From the NCBI GenBank assembly GCA_964504665.1, contig CAZDEH010000003.1:1140-65139 (forward strand): a DNA stretch of 64,000 nt. Direction: 5' to 3'. The DNA is from an uncultured Gammaproteobacteria bacterium (lineage in GTDB: Bacteria; Patescibacteriota; Microgenomatia; Daviesbacterales; UBA10151). This document shows positions 1 through 9,798 of this stretch, in pieces. The position numbers and the translations under genes are program-made. Every line of letters begins with the position of its first letter. The stretch's first letter is position 1. Below the pieces are notes generated by a model. It was not told the origin of the DNA. It did not search any database and saw only the letters and a list, made by a program, of their open reading frames with translations.

Positions 1-1928
1 TTCTGGGGGCAAATATTTTATCGACCATATTTTCCATCGATACACATGTTTCCATTTGGGGATATTATTCCAGATCAAATGGGGGACTTGTATCAATTTT
101 CTCTTATACCTTACTTTATTTTGCTCTTGTGTCTAACATATCCCGTGAATATGCTATGAAATTCTTAAAATCGGCGGTAGCGGGAGGCACGGTAATCACT
201 CTTTATGCAATCCCAGAACATTTTGGCGTCTCTCCTTCCTGTATATTTTTAACAGGACAATTTAGTGCAAATTGTTGGGTGCAAGATGTCCAAACCAGGG
301 TATTTGCTACTCTTGGTCAGCCAAACTGGCTGGCAGCATACTTGGCGATGCTTATCTTCCCTGTTTTATATTTTGTTCTGACTACCAAAAACAAATTTTC
401 CACTATATTTTATGCTTTTACCTCTATACTTTTTTATCTCGCTTTTACCTTTACATATTCCAGAGGAGCAACTTTAGGACTTCTGGCAGGATTTGCAGTT
501 TTCCTGGGGGCATTTTTATGCGTCCACCTCGGAGGTGGAAAGCTAAATCTAAATAAATCCATACTAATAATTTTATCGGCGTTTATCCTTATTAATCTAT
601 TTTTTGGTTCTGCTCTTACCAGCTTTAAATTATTATCCAAATTTGCCCCTCCTCCCAGACCTGGGGTAATTACCAAAGTCCCACCTAACTCTGGTACCCA
701 ACTGGAAAACGGAGGCACAGAATCCGGGGCTATCAGATTAATTGTGTGGCGCGGGGAAATAGACATCTGGAGGCACTTTCCTGTCCTGGGTACCGGAGTA
801 GAAACGTTTGCTTTTTCCTACTACAGTTTTAGACCTCCGGAACACAACCTGGTTTCCGAGTGGGATTTTCTTTATAACAAAGCCCACAATGAGTTCTTAA
901 ATTATCTTGCTAATACTGGTTTAGTGGGATTTTTAAGCTATACGATACTGATATTAACCTTCATATTTTGGTCAATTAAAAAAATTATTTCTCCTAAAGC
1001 AGACAATCGTTTACTGCTTATCGCAATTTTAGCATCGCTTGTAAGTTATCACGTTCAAAATTTTTTTGGTTTTTCTGTAGTAATTATCGCTGTTTTTTTC
1101 TACCTATTCCCAGCCTTAGCATTTATTACCACAGATTCTCTAAGACCATTTAAAATTCCCTCCAGCTTCTATCTTCTATCTTCCGGCTTCCAGCTAATCT
1201 ACCGTCGTCCAATTTACACCAAACTGGCAAAGATAGCGGTTATCATCATTTCAACCTCAATCATCATCACTCTTACCAGACATTATTGGGCTGATACTTA
1301 TTTTGCCTCAGGTAATAGTGCCTCTGACGCGGGTAATTCTGGAAAAGCTTATAATAAATTTATCGAGGCAGTATCTCTGAGTCCAGGAGAACCATATTAT
1401 CGTTCAGAGTTAGCATATGCTGCAGCAGCGTCTGCTGTAGCCTTATCGGAAGAAGACGCCACAATTAGCGCCAGATTAAAAACTGAAGCAATAAAAGTAA
1501 CTGAACAGGTGTTGAAAGAAAGTCCTAAAAATGTATCTTTTTATAGAACAGCCATCAGAACTTATTACTATCTCTCAATTCTTGACAAGCAATTTACAGC
1601 AAAAACTTTACAAACTCTCAATCAAACCATTACTTTAGCTCCTACTGATGCAAAATTACTTTACAATAAGGCTGTAATTTTAGGACAGACAGGCAGAAAT
1701 CAGGAAGCTATTCAAGCACTTGAAAAAACTGTTATTTTAAAACCAAATTACCGGGATGCTTATTATACTTTAGGACTTTTCTATTTTGATAGCGCTAGCG
1801 ATCAAAAGAGCTCCGCTCATCTTGATGATAAGCAAAAAGATAAAGCTAGGGAGCAAATGAAAAAAGTACTTCAACTAATTCCGGGAGATTCAGAGGCTAC
1901 AGAAAAGTTAAAGGAATGGGGTCAGTGA
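1..1928 (+). CDS. O-antigen ligase-like membrane protein with C-terminal TPRs (5' partial)
   Basis: Frame is open from the window start. Motifs ATLGQPNWLAAYL, TYSRG, GTGVETF and AHNEFL, many TM helices, TPR-like C-terminus. Confidence 0.85.
   Translation, partial: LGANILSTIFSIDTHVSIWGYYSRSNGGLVSIFSYTLLYFALVSNISREYAMKFLKSAVAGGTVITLYAIPEHFGVSPSCIFLTGQFSANCWVQDVQTRVFATLGQPNWLAAYLAMLIFPVLYFVLTTKNKFSTIFYAFTSILFYLAFTFTYSRGATLGLLAGFAVFLGAFLCVHLGGGKLNLNKSILIILSAFILINLFFGSALTSFKLLSKFAPPPRPGVITKVPPNSGTQLENGGTESGAIRLIVWRGEIDIWRHFPVLGTGVETFAFSYYSFRPPEHNLVSEWDFLYNKAHNEFLNYLANTGLVGFLSYTILILTFIFWSIKKIISPKADNRLLLIAILASLVSYHVQNFFGFSVVIIAVFFYLFPALAFITTDSLRPFKIPSSFYLLSSGFQLIYRRPIYTKLAKIAVIIISTSIIITLTRHYWADTYFASGNSASDAGNSGKAYNKFIEAVSLSPGEPYYRSELAYAAAASAVALSEEDATISARLKTEAIKVTEQVLKESPKNVSFYRTAIRTYYYLSILDKQFTAKTLQTLNQTITLAPTDAKLLYNKAVILGQTGRNQEAIQALEKTVILKPNYRDAYYTLGLFYFDSASDQKSSAHLDDKQKDKAREQMKKVLQLIPGDSEATEKLKEWGQ
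523..539. repeat. Short palindrome TCCACCTC-G-GAGGTGGA, in frame in CDS
   Basis: Perfect inverted repeat. Related sequences at about 59199-59215 and 59257-59272. Confidence 0.55.
1161..1195 (+). repeat. Five tandem heptamers (TC[C/T]RNCT) inside CDS
   Basis: tccagct tctatct tctatct tccggct tccagct. Confidence 0.7.
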
Positions 1929-2191
1929 AAAAAATTGGTCAAATTATTGATGAAACTAAACATCCAAACCGCCCTAAAAATCTTTCTACAGAGTTCCAGG
2001 TTTATGGTGTATATTTAGCCGAAGAATTAGATGATACCAAACATTATTCTCTTTATATTAAGCTAGCTAAAATTCATAAACGTGAGATGCTGGACGACGC
2101 TTTAACTTATGCCAAGGATTACACCAGAGCCAAATCCAAAGCCAAAATCTTCATGTGGAAATTAAAACAACTTAAGCAAATCAACCTATAG
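1925..2191 (+). CDS. Small hypothetical protein
   Basis: ORF coupled to the upstream stop (GTGA overlap). Confidence 0.75.
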   Translation: MKKIGQIIDETKHPNRPKNLSTEFQVYGVYLAEELDDTKHYSLYIKLAKIHKREMLDDALTYAKDYTRAKSKAKIFMWKLKQLKQINL

Positions 2192-2261
2192 TGGTTTGAC
2201 TTCTTTCCCCAGACTGATTATAATTCGCTTAGAATAATCTTGATAATGATCAAACCATAAT

Positions 2262-3044
2262 ATGATTTACGAGTTTGAACCGAAACAATTTATTTATAAC
2301 CGAACCGGTATCCTTGCAACAACTACTGCTGTTAATGAGGAAATTGCAGCACAATTTATGCGTCTTTCAGATCTTCGACGTAATATTGTCATTGTTGATT
2401 CTGGTAAAGAACCTGAATCTAATACTGTAACAGTTAGTTCTGACACTTTAGCCTGGCGTGCTGTTGCACCGTTAAGTGAACTTACAAAAACTGTTTTAAG
2501 ACCTAAACAATTTCATCAAATAGAAATTGTTGATCAGCAATATGTAGTCCAAATCCATGAGCAAATAATTGATGATAATATCAGAAAGAAAAGTTATTTT
2601 GATCACGAAGATTACGAAAGAAAATATCTTACAAGACTCAAAAAAGAAGTTAAAGATGCATCAGCTGAGATTTTATGGAATGAAAAGATTGGATTTTCTC
2701 AACAAACAAGAAATTGGTTATTATATTCTTTACCACTAGCAGTAATAGTTACGGATCTTATTAGAAGAGACTACCCCGGCGCATTAATTCAAGCAGGGAT
2801 ATTAATTGGATTTACAAACCCGATGCTAAACGTAATGGAAAATGACTATTTCAATAGAACTATGCAATATTTGAACCAAAGAAGACCCTTTTCTGTACCG
2901 GGATTTCAAGTGTTTATACCTCCTTATAGAAACCCAAGATCTTGGAAAAAAGCATTTTACCCTCTTTTCCCTATTGATAAATGGGTTCAGGGAAGAATAT
3001 TTTTAGCAAAACATGGACAAGAACTAATTACTGCTAAAACTTGA
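2262..3044 (+). CDS. Hypothetical protein with C-terminal hydrophobic segments
   Basis: 260-aa ORF with a TTGACT/TATAAT promoter upstream. Confidence 0.7.
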   Translation: MIYEFEPKQFIYNRTGILATTTAVNEEIAAQFMRLSDLRRNIVIVDSGKEPESNTVTVSSDTLAWRAVAPLSELTKTVLRPKQFHQIEIVDQQYVVQIHEQIIDDNIRKKSYFDHEDYERKYLTRLKKEVKDASAEILWNEKIGFSQQTRNWLLYSLPLAVIVTDLIRRDYPGALIQAGILIGFTNPMLNVMENDYFNRTMQYLNQRRPFSVPGFQVFIPPYRNPRSWKKAFYPLFPIDKWVQGRIFLAKHGQELITAKT

Positions 3045-3048
3045 TCTT

Positions 3049-3079
3049 TAGCCACACAAGTGGACGTCTTGTGTGCCTA
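3049..3079. repeat. REP-like palindrome (family A variant), intergenic
   Basis: CACACAAG-tggacgt-CTTGTGTG hairpin. Confidence 0.55.
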
Positions 3080-3117
3080 AATTAGAAAAACAGCCTCAAG
3101 TCTGGTAAAATACACTA

Positions 3118-3636
3118 ATGCAAATTGTGAAGGCACCTGATCAAAGACTGAGGACAAAAACTAAAATTGTAAAAAAAATAACTCCAGAGCTGTTAAAACT
3201 GGCATCCAGTATGATCAAATTTGCCCAAAGTTTCCAGGATCCTGAAGGAGTTGGGTTATCTACTAATCAAATAGGCAAAACAGAAAGATTTTTCGTGGCT
3301 AAAATAGGAGAGGAATTTCTCCCTTTCTTTAATCCAATGATCCATTCTTTTTCTCCTAAGACCAAAATCTTTTTTGAAGGATGTTTATCTATTCCGGATT
3401 ATTATGGAGAAACAAAACGCCCTATTTCTGTAAAAGTTTCTTATCAAAATGAAAAAGGAGAAAAAATCTCCAAAACCCTAAGGGGTATCTCTTCCTGGAT
3501 TTTTCAGCATGAAGTTGACCATATGAACGGTATATTATTCATGGAGAGGGTACTTGAATCTAAAGGTAAGGTTTTTAAACTGGCTGGAAAAGATAAAGCA
3601 GGGTCTGATGTTTTTGAGGAGATAAAAATACTTTAA
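3118..3636 (+). CDS. def: Peptide deformylase
   Basis: GVGLSTNQIG, EGCLS and QHEVDH motifs. Confidence 0.97.
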   Translation: MQIVKAPDQRLRTKTKIVKKITPELLKLASSMIKFAQSFQDPEGVGLSTNQIGKTERFFVAKIGEEFLPFFNPMIHSFSPKTKIFFEGCLSIPDYYGETKRPISVKVSYQNEKGEKISKTLRGISSWIFQHEVDHMNGILFMERVLESKGKVFKLAGKDKAGSDVFEEIKIL

Positions 3637-4391
3637 GCTTTTCTAACTACAATCATCACTTTATTTATACCATCTATAGGTTGATGATAACCAGTAGGAT
3701 AATCTCTGATAGCGCGATAAAATATTTGTTCAGGGTACCTATACAGTTCCCCTTCTTTAATGCCTGGATCATTAGTAATAATTTCACCCTTTGTATCATC
3801 AAATCCCCGCACCACAATATTGTGCCTTTCCGGACCAGGAGGAGTAAAATGAGGATTGTTTAAAGCTTGTCCATTAGCTGGTACTATGACCAAATTTCCC
3901 TTGATAATCTCCGTTTTAATATCTTCCAGTGTGATATTATCCCTCACTTCAAATTGATCATAGTTGAAATAGCCTGAAATCAATCTGTTGGCAGTATCTT
4001 TCGTAGATGTATCCCTAAATTCCTGATATTTTTCACTTTGATATGCTGACATCGCTAAAATTTCCTCGCGAGCTTTGGCTTTATCAATTGTTAATCCTTT
4101 AGCCCAAAAAACAACCAACAGAGCTGCTGCTTCTTCACATCCATCCTGAAACCTAGGGTCTTTCCACTCAGCAAAGGGAGCTTGGGGGGCAAAAGGAACA
4201 TTTTCAATTAGAATCTGGGATTGACGAGTTATAGTTGGTTTTATCTGGGTTAATGTAACTGTTGGCATTAGTGTTGGCGTTGGTTTTGGTGTTAGTGGGA
4301 TTGGTCTTTCCAAGCTGACTTGCTTTGGTATTATTATATATATGACTACAATCACAAAAATCAACATAAATAACACTAGAAATCTGTTCAT
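3633..4391 (-). CDS. Secreted/anchored C39-like peptidase family protein
   Basis: N-terminal TM from ATG 4391, VPFAPQAP, GCEEAA, H-x-x-V-V-R-G, NDPG. Confidence 0.75.
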   Translation of the reverse strand: MNRFLVLFMLIFVIVVIYIIIPKQVSLERPIPLTPKPTPTLMPTVTLTQIKPTITRQSQILIENVPFAPQAPFAEWKDPRFQDGCEEAAALLVVFWAKGLTIDKAKAREEILAMSAYQSEKYQEFRDTSTKDTANRLISGYFNYDQFEVRDNITLEDIKTEIIKGNLVIVPANGQALNNPHFTPPGPERHNIVVRGFDDTKGEIITNDPGIKEGELYRYPEQIFYRAIRDYPTGYHQPIDGINKVMIVVRKA

Positions 4392-4431
4392 TTTATGGAT
4401 AATATCATTTTTCTGGTAAAATATCCCATAT

Positions 4432-5286
4432 ATGAAAAAACCTAAGTTGAAAGTGGTCTTTTTTGGGACACCTGATTTTGTGATTCCGGTTTTAACAACT
4501 TTAATCAAAAATTTTGATGTTGTTGGAGTTGTGACTGCACCAGATAAAGCAGTTGGCAGAAAACAAATCCTCACTCCCTCACCAATTAATTTAGCCTCAC
4601 AAGCCGAGGGCTTGCGAGGCTATAATCTTAAAATATTTACTCCCGAAAAATTAGATGAGGAGTTAGCCAAAAAAATATATAAATTAAAATCTGATCTATT
4701 TGTAATGGCTTCTTATGGCAAAATTATTCCACAATTTATTTTAGATATTCCCAAATTTGGTGCTATCAATATCCACCCGTCACTACTACCAAAGTACCGA
4801 GGACCTTCTCCCATCCAATCTGCTATTTTAAATGGTGATAAAATTTCCGGGATTTCCATTATGAAGATGGATGCCAAAATGGACCATGGACCTGTTATTT
4901 ATGCAGAAGAGTTTAGATTATCAAGTCTAGATAATTTTCAAACTTTGAGTATAAATATGTTTCTTCGTTCTGCCGAAATTTTATCTAAAATAATTACCGC
5001 ATTTATAAGCGGTAAATTAATTCTTACATCACAAGACGATATAAAAGCTACTTATTGTAAGTTGGTTACTAAAGAAGATGGATATTTTGATATTGATAAT
5101 CCTGCCTCTCCAGTAAAATTAGATCAAATGGTCAGAGCCTATTATCCCTGGCCCACAGCTTGGACTAAGTGGGAAGGTAAAATTGTTAAATTTTTACCAG
5201 GAAATATGGTCCAGCTAGAAGGCAAAAAGCCAGTTCAATTAGAAGATTTCTTAAGAGGTTATCCTAATTTCCCGTTAAAATCCTGA
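4432..5286 (+). CDS. fmt: Methionyl-tRNA formyltransferase
   Basis: FFGTPDF, INIHPSLLPKYRGPSP, MDHGPV, RAYYPWP. Confidence 0.97.
   Translation: MKKPKLKVVFFGTPDFVIPVLTTLIKNFDVVGVVTAPDKAVGRKQILTPSPINLASQAEGLRGYNLKIFTPEKLDEELAKKIYKLKSDLFVMASYGKIIPQFILDIPKFGAINIHPSLLPKYRGPSPIQSAILNGDKISGISIMKMDAKMDHGPVIYAEEFRLSSLDNFQTLSINMFLRSAEILSKIITAFISGKLILTSQDDIKATYCKLVTKEDGYFDIDNPASPVKLDQMVRAYYPWPTAWTKWEGKIVKFLPGNMVQLEGKKPVQLEDFLRGYPNFPLKS
4592..4622. repeat. REP family A, in frame in fmt
   Basis: TAGCCTCACAAGC-cgagg-GCTTGCGAGGCTA, encodes ASQAEGLRG. Confidence 0.8.
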
Positions 5287-5394
5287 TCTAATCAAACTCT
5301 TGACAAGAATAGTTTGTAAAAGGTAAACTCTTTTCTAAATTCCCTGCCTTTATCTCCTGCTCAATTAAAATGCCAGAAGCAGTTCTTTATTTAA

Positions 5395-5727
5395 ATGAAA
5401 CTTATGAACGAACGTGAAAGTAAGGGATTAAAATTAACAGTACAAGAGTTACCTTTTGATCCACCTGATTTATGGATACCAGAATTAAGAGTTGGTGTCA
5501 TTGGTATAAAGAATCAGTTCTTAAGGAGAGCGAAATTACTACAAGCAGCAACTTTAAAAGCACAGGGGATAATCGATGCCAATCAAAGCGATACCAGATT
5601 GACTGAAGGAGATCCAAGAATAGAACTTCTACCTACTGCTATGTTTTTCATGGAAAATTTAGAACAAGTAAGTAGGTCTTTACGAGCCGGACATGAATTG
5701 CTTATAGAGAAAGACATTATAGAATAA
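5395..5727 (+). CDS. Hypothetical protein
   Basis: 110-aa ORF with a TTGACA promoter near 5300. Confidence 0.6.
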   Translation: MKLMNERESKGLKLTVQELPFDPPDLWIPELRVGVIGIKNQFLRRAKLLQAATLKAQGIIDANQSDTRLTEGDPRIELLPTAMFFMENLEQVSRSLRAGHELLIEKDIIE

Positions 5728-5949
5728 TGAGCTTCTAAATTAAAGAAAGATCTTTAATAATTAATAGAACTCTTAAAAGAACTTAACCTCACCAGGCGTT
5801 GCCTGGGAGTTTATTAACCTTACTAACCTTTCATAACCTTCATCTTCCATTTTTGTCAATGAAGTTAATGGAGACAAGGAGCAACATTGTAAGAATTTTT
5901 ACTTTAAAAAATACCTTCTTCTGTGTTATATTATTATTGATTAAATATT

Positions 5950-6186
5950 ATGGAACAGCGAGAAAAACGTTGCAGGAGTTGTGAATTTATTAAACGATTG
6001 TCCTCAGAAGATATAATTGCAGTCAACAAAGCTCTGGCAGGAATGAGAGACCGCCCATATACCAATCATTGTGGCAAATTAAGATTATTAGTTGCCAGAG
6101 AAGATCTTCCCTTTACCACCCGATTTCCAGAAGAAACATTTCCTAACGTACAAGTAAAATCTTGTCACTCTCCTCGCTTAATCTAA
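5950..6186 (+). CDS. Small Cys-containing hypothetical protein
   Basis: 78-aa ORF with CxxC. Confidence 0.5.
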   Translation: MEQREKRCRSCEFIKRLSSEDIIAVNKALAGMRDRPYTNHCGKLRLLVAREDLPFTTRFPEETFPNVQVKSCHSPRLI

Positions 6187-6287
6187 AAAGATAGACTTAT
6201 AGCAATTTATTAAGAAAACCTATAATATATAAATAGCTTTATTTTAGAGCTTCCATTAACACACTATTATCGAATCTCTCTATGTTA

Positions 6288-7394
6288 TTATCGGAGACCT
6301 TCTAGTAACATAGAGTAGAACCTGAGATTGTGGATTGTAGCTAACCTAATAGATAAAACGTCCTGGATTTTAAATAAATGATGTAAATAGGCACGGGAAT
6401 ATTCCCTACAGGTTAAACAATCACAAAATTTACTGACTGGATCCATCGATTTTTCATATTTAGCGCTCCCAAAGTATAAGTTCGAGTAACAACTTCCTTC
6501 AATTAATCCTTGTTTAGTAGGAAGTTTGGTAAAAACGTATAACTTTTTATGGCGGGCTTCCCGGGTTGGGATCACGCAGTCAAAGATTCCATAACCCCAA
6601 CCAACACAGTCAACAATATTTTCCGGTCTACCCACCCCCAAAGCATATTTTGGTTTATTGTCTGGTAATAATGAGGCTGTATACTTTACAATTTCAGACA
6701 AAAATTTCCCATCAGCAACCGGAAAACCACCAAAACAATAACCATCAAAGCCAATTTTGATCAGCTCTTTAGCACAATATTTCCTTAAATTTTTATCATT
6801 TCCACCCTGAACAACTGCAAAAAGAAGAGGTTTAGCCTTGCAAGGATACACCTTGCGAAGCTGGGGCTGGCTAGTAGTTAATTTATTAAACTCATCTTTT
6901 GACCTTTTTGCCCACTTAATAGTCCTTTCTACTGAAATTTTTTGTTCATCAAATGAGCATTCCGGCTTAGTACAATCATCCAAAACTATAGCTATATCTG
7001 TACCCAACCGTAGTTGTAACTGAATTGATTTTTCAGGAGTCAGAACTATTTTTTGTGCTCCATTTGGCTTAAAAATAATTTCTTTATCCCTGATAACTCC
7101 AAATTGTGGATTATCATGGATCAAAGACATTACCTGGAAGCCCCCAGAATCGGTTATGATGGGTCTTGTCCACCTCATAAAGTAGTGAATACCGTCAAAA
7201 CTTTTAATTCTTTGGCTGAGTGCATCTGATAACAGATGATAGGTATTAATAACTAAACCCTCAACCTGAGCATTTTCTAAATCCGTGGCATCAACTCCCC
7301 TTACTACTCCCCTTGTTCCATCAGGGAAAAAGGTAGGCAGAGTTATTTGACCATGAAGAGTCTGTAAGTGACTTAAGCAACTGGATGAGAACAT
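6288..7394 (-). CDS. tgt: tRNA-guanine transglycosylase
   Basis: NTYHL, TDSGGFQV, VVQGG, FDCVIPTREAR, CDCLTC, TIHNL. Confidence 0.97.
   Translation of the reverse strand: MFSSSCLSHLQTLHGQITLPTFFPDGTRGVVRGVDATDLENAQVEGLVINTYHLLSDALSQRIKSFDGIHYFMRWTRPIITDSGGFQVMSLIHDNPQFGVIRDKEIIFKPNGAQKIVLTPEKSIQLQLRLGTDIAIVLDDCTKPECSFDEQKISVERTIKWAKRSKDEFNKLTTSQPQLRKVYPCKAKPLLFAVVQGGNDKNLRKYCAKELIKIGFDGYCFGGFPVADGKFLSEIVKYTASLLPDNKPKYALGVGRPENIVDCVGWGYGIFDCVIPTREARHKKLYVFTKLPTKQGLIEGSCYSNLYFGSAKYEKSMDPVSKFCDCLTCREYSRAYLHHLFKIQDVLSIRLATIHNLRFYSMLLEGLR
6834..6862. repeat. REP family A, in frame in tgt
   Basis: AGCCTTGCAAGG-ataca-CCTTGCGAAGCT, encodes LRKVYPCKA. Confidence 0.8.
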
Positions 7395-7396
7395 TT

Positions 7397-7630
7397 TTAT
7401 AAAGTTGCAGGAGAAATAGGAATAGCTCTATTAGCTTCTACTGATTTTCGAACAATCCTTAAACATTTACTACACAGTTTCATTCCCTGATAAGTATGTA
7501 AGTTTGGGTACTGGGTCTTTTTGTGAATTTGAGCACGGAGAGACCACTGGGATGCTCCCGATGAACCCTTTTTATGTTTAGAAACCGCTACCTTATGAAT
7601 TCCTTTTGCACAAAGTTGACACATCATCAT
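7397..7630 (-). CDS. rpmB: 50S ribosomal protein L28
   Basis: CxxCxKG...PNL...CxxCLR zinc-type bL28 pattern. Confidence 0.85.
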   Translation of the reverse strand: MMMCQLCAKGIHKVAVSKHKKGSSGASQWSLRAQIHKKTQYPNLHTYQGMKLCSKCLRIVRKSVEANRAIPISPATL

Positions 7631-7649
7631 AAAGGTAAATATACCATGT

Positions 7650-8684
7650 TTATCGCGTTTCTGCAACGCTATCATCAGATCTCCCTAACCCAGTAATTTC
7701 CTTCAGCCTTTGAGTAGCTAAAGTAAAAGATTTGCTGTCTCCATCCATTCCAAAATGATAGGTATATGTATTTGCTGCAAACAGAGTTTTATTTTCCGAC
7801 CTCAATTTCCGAATTTCATGACTAGTCGGTTCATGTTGTAGAATTTTATTTAAACAAAACCATTCATCGATTATCTCCCTCTCTGACGTACAATAATGTT
7901 TGCCTATACGGTTTCTCAACTTCTCCAGTTGGGCTTCTTTTTTTGGAGTAACTGAGTGAACATGTTCTGCAAAGACTTTTTGGTCTCGTAAAACACCAAT
8001 ACAGACACCACTTATTCCTTCGTGTTTACTATGATCACGTTGTAATCTGGAACTAGAAACACCTCCTGTGTAGAGTAAATCCCCTAAACAATTGGCTATC
8101 TTTGTATAACTTGTATTTAGTTTAATATAATTAGACCTTACACTCCCTCTTAACTCGAAAAATCCTTCCAAAAAACCCCATATGTAATCAGGATTTGTAT
8201 AAATCCAATTATGCTTATTAACTAAAGTTTCAGTCCACAAAGAACGCCTGAGATCACCAAAAGCTATAGCTAAAGATTTTGAATAGAAAATTGCATTATC
8301 TCTCATTAAATATACATTAACTCTGAACAAATCCTCCACGACCGACTGAAAAGTTTCTAACAGTTCTTTGTTTGAGCTATAAACTTCTACATTATACCCC
8401 CTATTTCCAAGTGCAACATAACCACCTCCAGAGACTAAACCTACTAACCAAGCTAACTTGCGTGAAGGTGTTAGTACCTCTGGGTAAATTATTTTTGACA
8501 TAAAATGCCTTTCCCGAGTCAAGTCTGCTCTCTTTAATGTATTGGATACACTATAAACACTTTTATAACGAAACCTTTCCTGAAGTTCTTCTAATGAAGA
8601 TAGCTTCCTAATTTCCCTAGCTTTATATTGTTCAATTTCTGTTCTGACAAACTGTCTTAATGCATCTGCTCTTTCTTTTGACAT
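7650..8684 (-). CDS. LAGLIDADG-fold protein with degenerate catalytic motifs, N-terminal HTH-like region and C-terminal homing-endonuclease-associated repeat
   Basis: LAWLVGLVSGGG, IWGFLEGFFELRGSV, PT...TY.YHFG. Paralog of the next gene. Confidence 0.7.
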   Translation of the reverse strand: MSKERADALRQFVRTEIEQYKAREIRKLSSLEELQERFRYKSVYSVSNTLKRADLTRERHFMSKIIYPEVLTPSRKLAWLVGLVSGGGYVALGNRGYNVEVYSSNKELLETFQSVVEDLFRVNVYLMRDNAIFYSKSLAIAFGDLRRSLWTETLVNKHNWIYTNPDYIWGFLEGFFELRGSVRSNYIKLNTSYTKIANCLGDLLYTGGVSSSRLQRDHSKHEGISGVCIGVLRDQKVFAEHVHSVTPKKEAQLEKLRNRIGKHYCTSEREIIDEWFCLNKILQHEPTSHEIRKLRSENKTLFAANTYTYHFGMDGDSKSFTLATQRLKEITGLGRSDDSVAETR

Positions 8685-8690
8685 AGATTT

Positions 8691-9758
8691 TTATCTTTCC
8701 TGATCTTCAATTATCCTTTCCAAATTAACTCTGGCAACACTAAATTTTCCCTCTCCGAAATGGTAAGAAAAGGTTGTAGCAGAATGCTCAATAATACCTT
8801 TTTCTCTTAAGTTTTCTATAAATGGAATTGTAGGTAGTTTGCCTCTTTGTTTTAAACTGAATTCTCTTACCAATAAATATTGTTCAACCAACTGTCCCTC
8901 TGATAATACTCTAGTATAAGGTGTAGGTAACTTGGCTTCTACTAAGGATAAATTTCTATAGTAATTAAGTTTTTCTTCTTTTTCAGGGCAAACAGAATGA
9001 ACATATTCGGCAAAAAATTTTAAATCACGGAGATTGAGAACACCTAATCCACTAATGCCTCCACTCTCCGTTTGCGACATAAGTAATCTCGGTCTTGCAA
9101 TATTAACTCTTTGGAAAAGTTCAGCCATAAAATTAATGTTGTTTGGATAGTTTGTTGAATAAACAAGTCCTTTTCCGTATTGTAAATACATACTAGTTTC
9201 AAAAACAGCTCGAATAAAACCCCAGATATACTCGGGATTAGACATAATCCAGGAATGTTTTATGGCAACTGTATCCGACCAATGATCCTTACGTAAATCT
9301 CCTAAAAATCGTGCAGATGGACGATCATAAAATCTGGCTAGCTCATATTGACGACCTTTTTTATCTGTTCTAATATCAATTCTTGCCATGTCACTCTGAA
9401 AGAGTTCTTCACCGACATTCTGAAATTGGGCAATCAGACGAGGATTAAACGTCGGTATTGAAATTGCTCCGCTTGATCGCTGTACTGTTCCCTCCTCCGA
9501 TAATAAACCTATCATCCAGGCTAAATTATAAGAAGGTGAGATCCTGGTACCAAACTCTACTCTAGCTAAACGTCTTTGTTCTACTAACCCTTCAGATCTC
9601 AATATATTGTAAACCGAGGCAAAACCGCGATAACTAAACAATAACCCCAATTCATCAGGAGTTGACAGGTGATTGATTTCTCCACTACGGAGTCTATTGA
9701 TTTCTTCTCTAGAAAAATCTAGTAATGCTTCTCTTCTAAATTTTCTCTCTGGGTTCAT
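8691..9758 (-). CDS. LAGLIDADG-fold protein, paralog of 7650-8684
   Basis: LAWMIGLLSEEG, IWGFIRAVFETSM, PT...TFSYHFG. AGGAG Shine-Dalgarno before ATG 9758. Confidence 0.7.
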   Translation of the reverse strand: MNPERKFRREALLDFSREEINRLRSGEINHLSTPDELGLLFSYRGFASVYNILRSEGLVEQRRLARVEFGTRISPSYNLAWMIGLLSEEGTVQRSSGAISIPTFNPRLIAQFQNVGEELFQSDMARIDIRTDKKGRQYELARFYDRPSARFLGDLRKDHWSDTVAIKHSWIMSNPEYIWGFIRAVFETSMYLQYGKGLVYSTNYPNNINFMAELFQRVNIARPRLLMSQTESGGISGLGVLNLRDLKFFAEYVHSVCPEKEEKLNYYRNLSLVEAKLPTPYTRVLSEGQLVEQYLLVREFSLKQRGKLPTIPFIENLREKGIIEHSATTFSYHFGEGKFSVARVNLERIIEDQER

Positions 9759-9798
9759 ATTTTCAAATCTCCTGAGGTAAAAGGATGCGCCTGATATA

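Noticed and set aside
1790-1832. Possible hairpin insertion in the TPR region (SASDQKSSAHLDD)
   Set aside because: Single imperfect copy with no match elsewhere in the window, so it cannot be supported without orthologs.
7650-9758. LAGLIDADG ORFs as parts of inteins or group I introns
   Set aside because: No interrupted host gene, no intein terminal residues, and no spacer long enough for an intron core.
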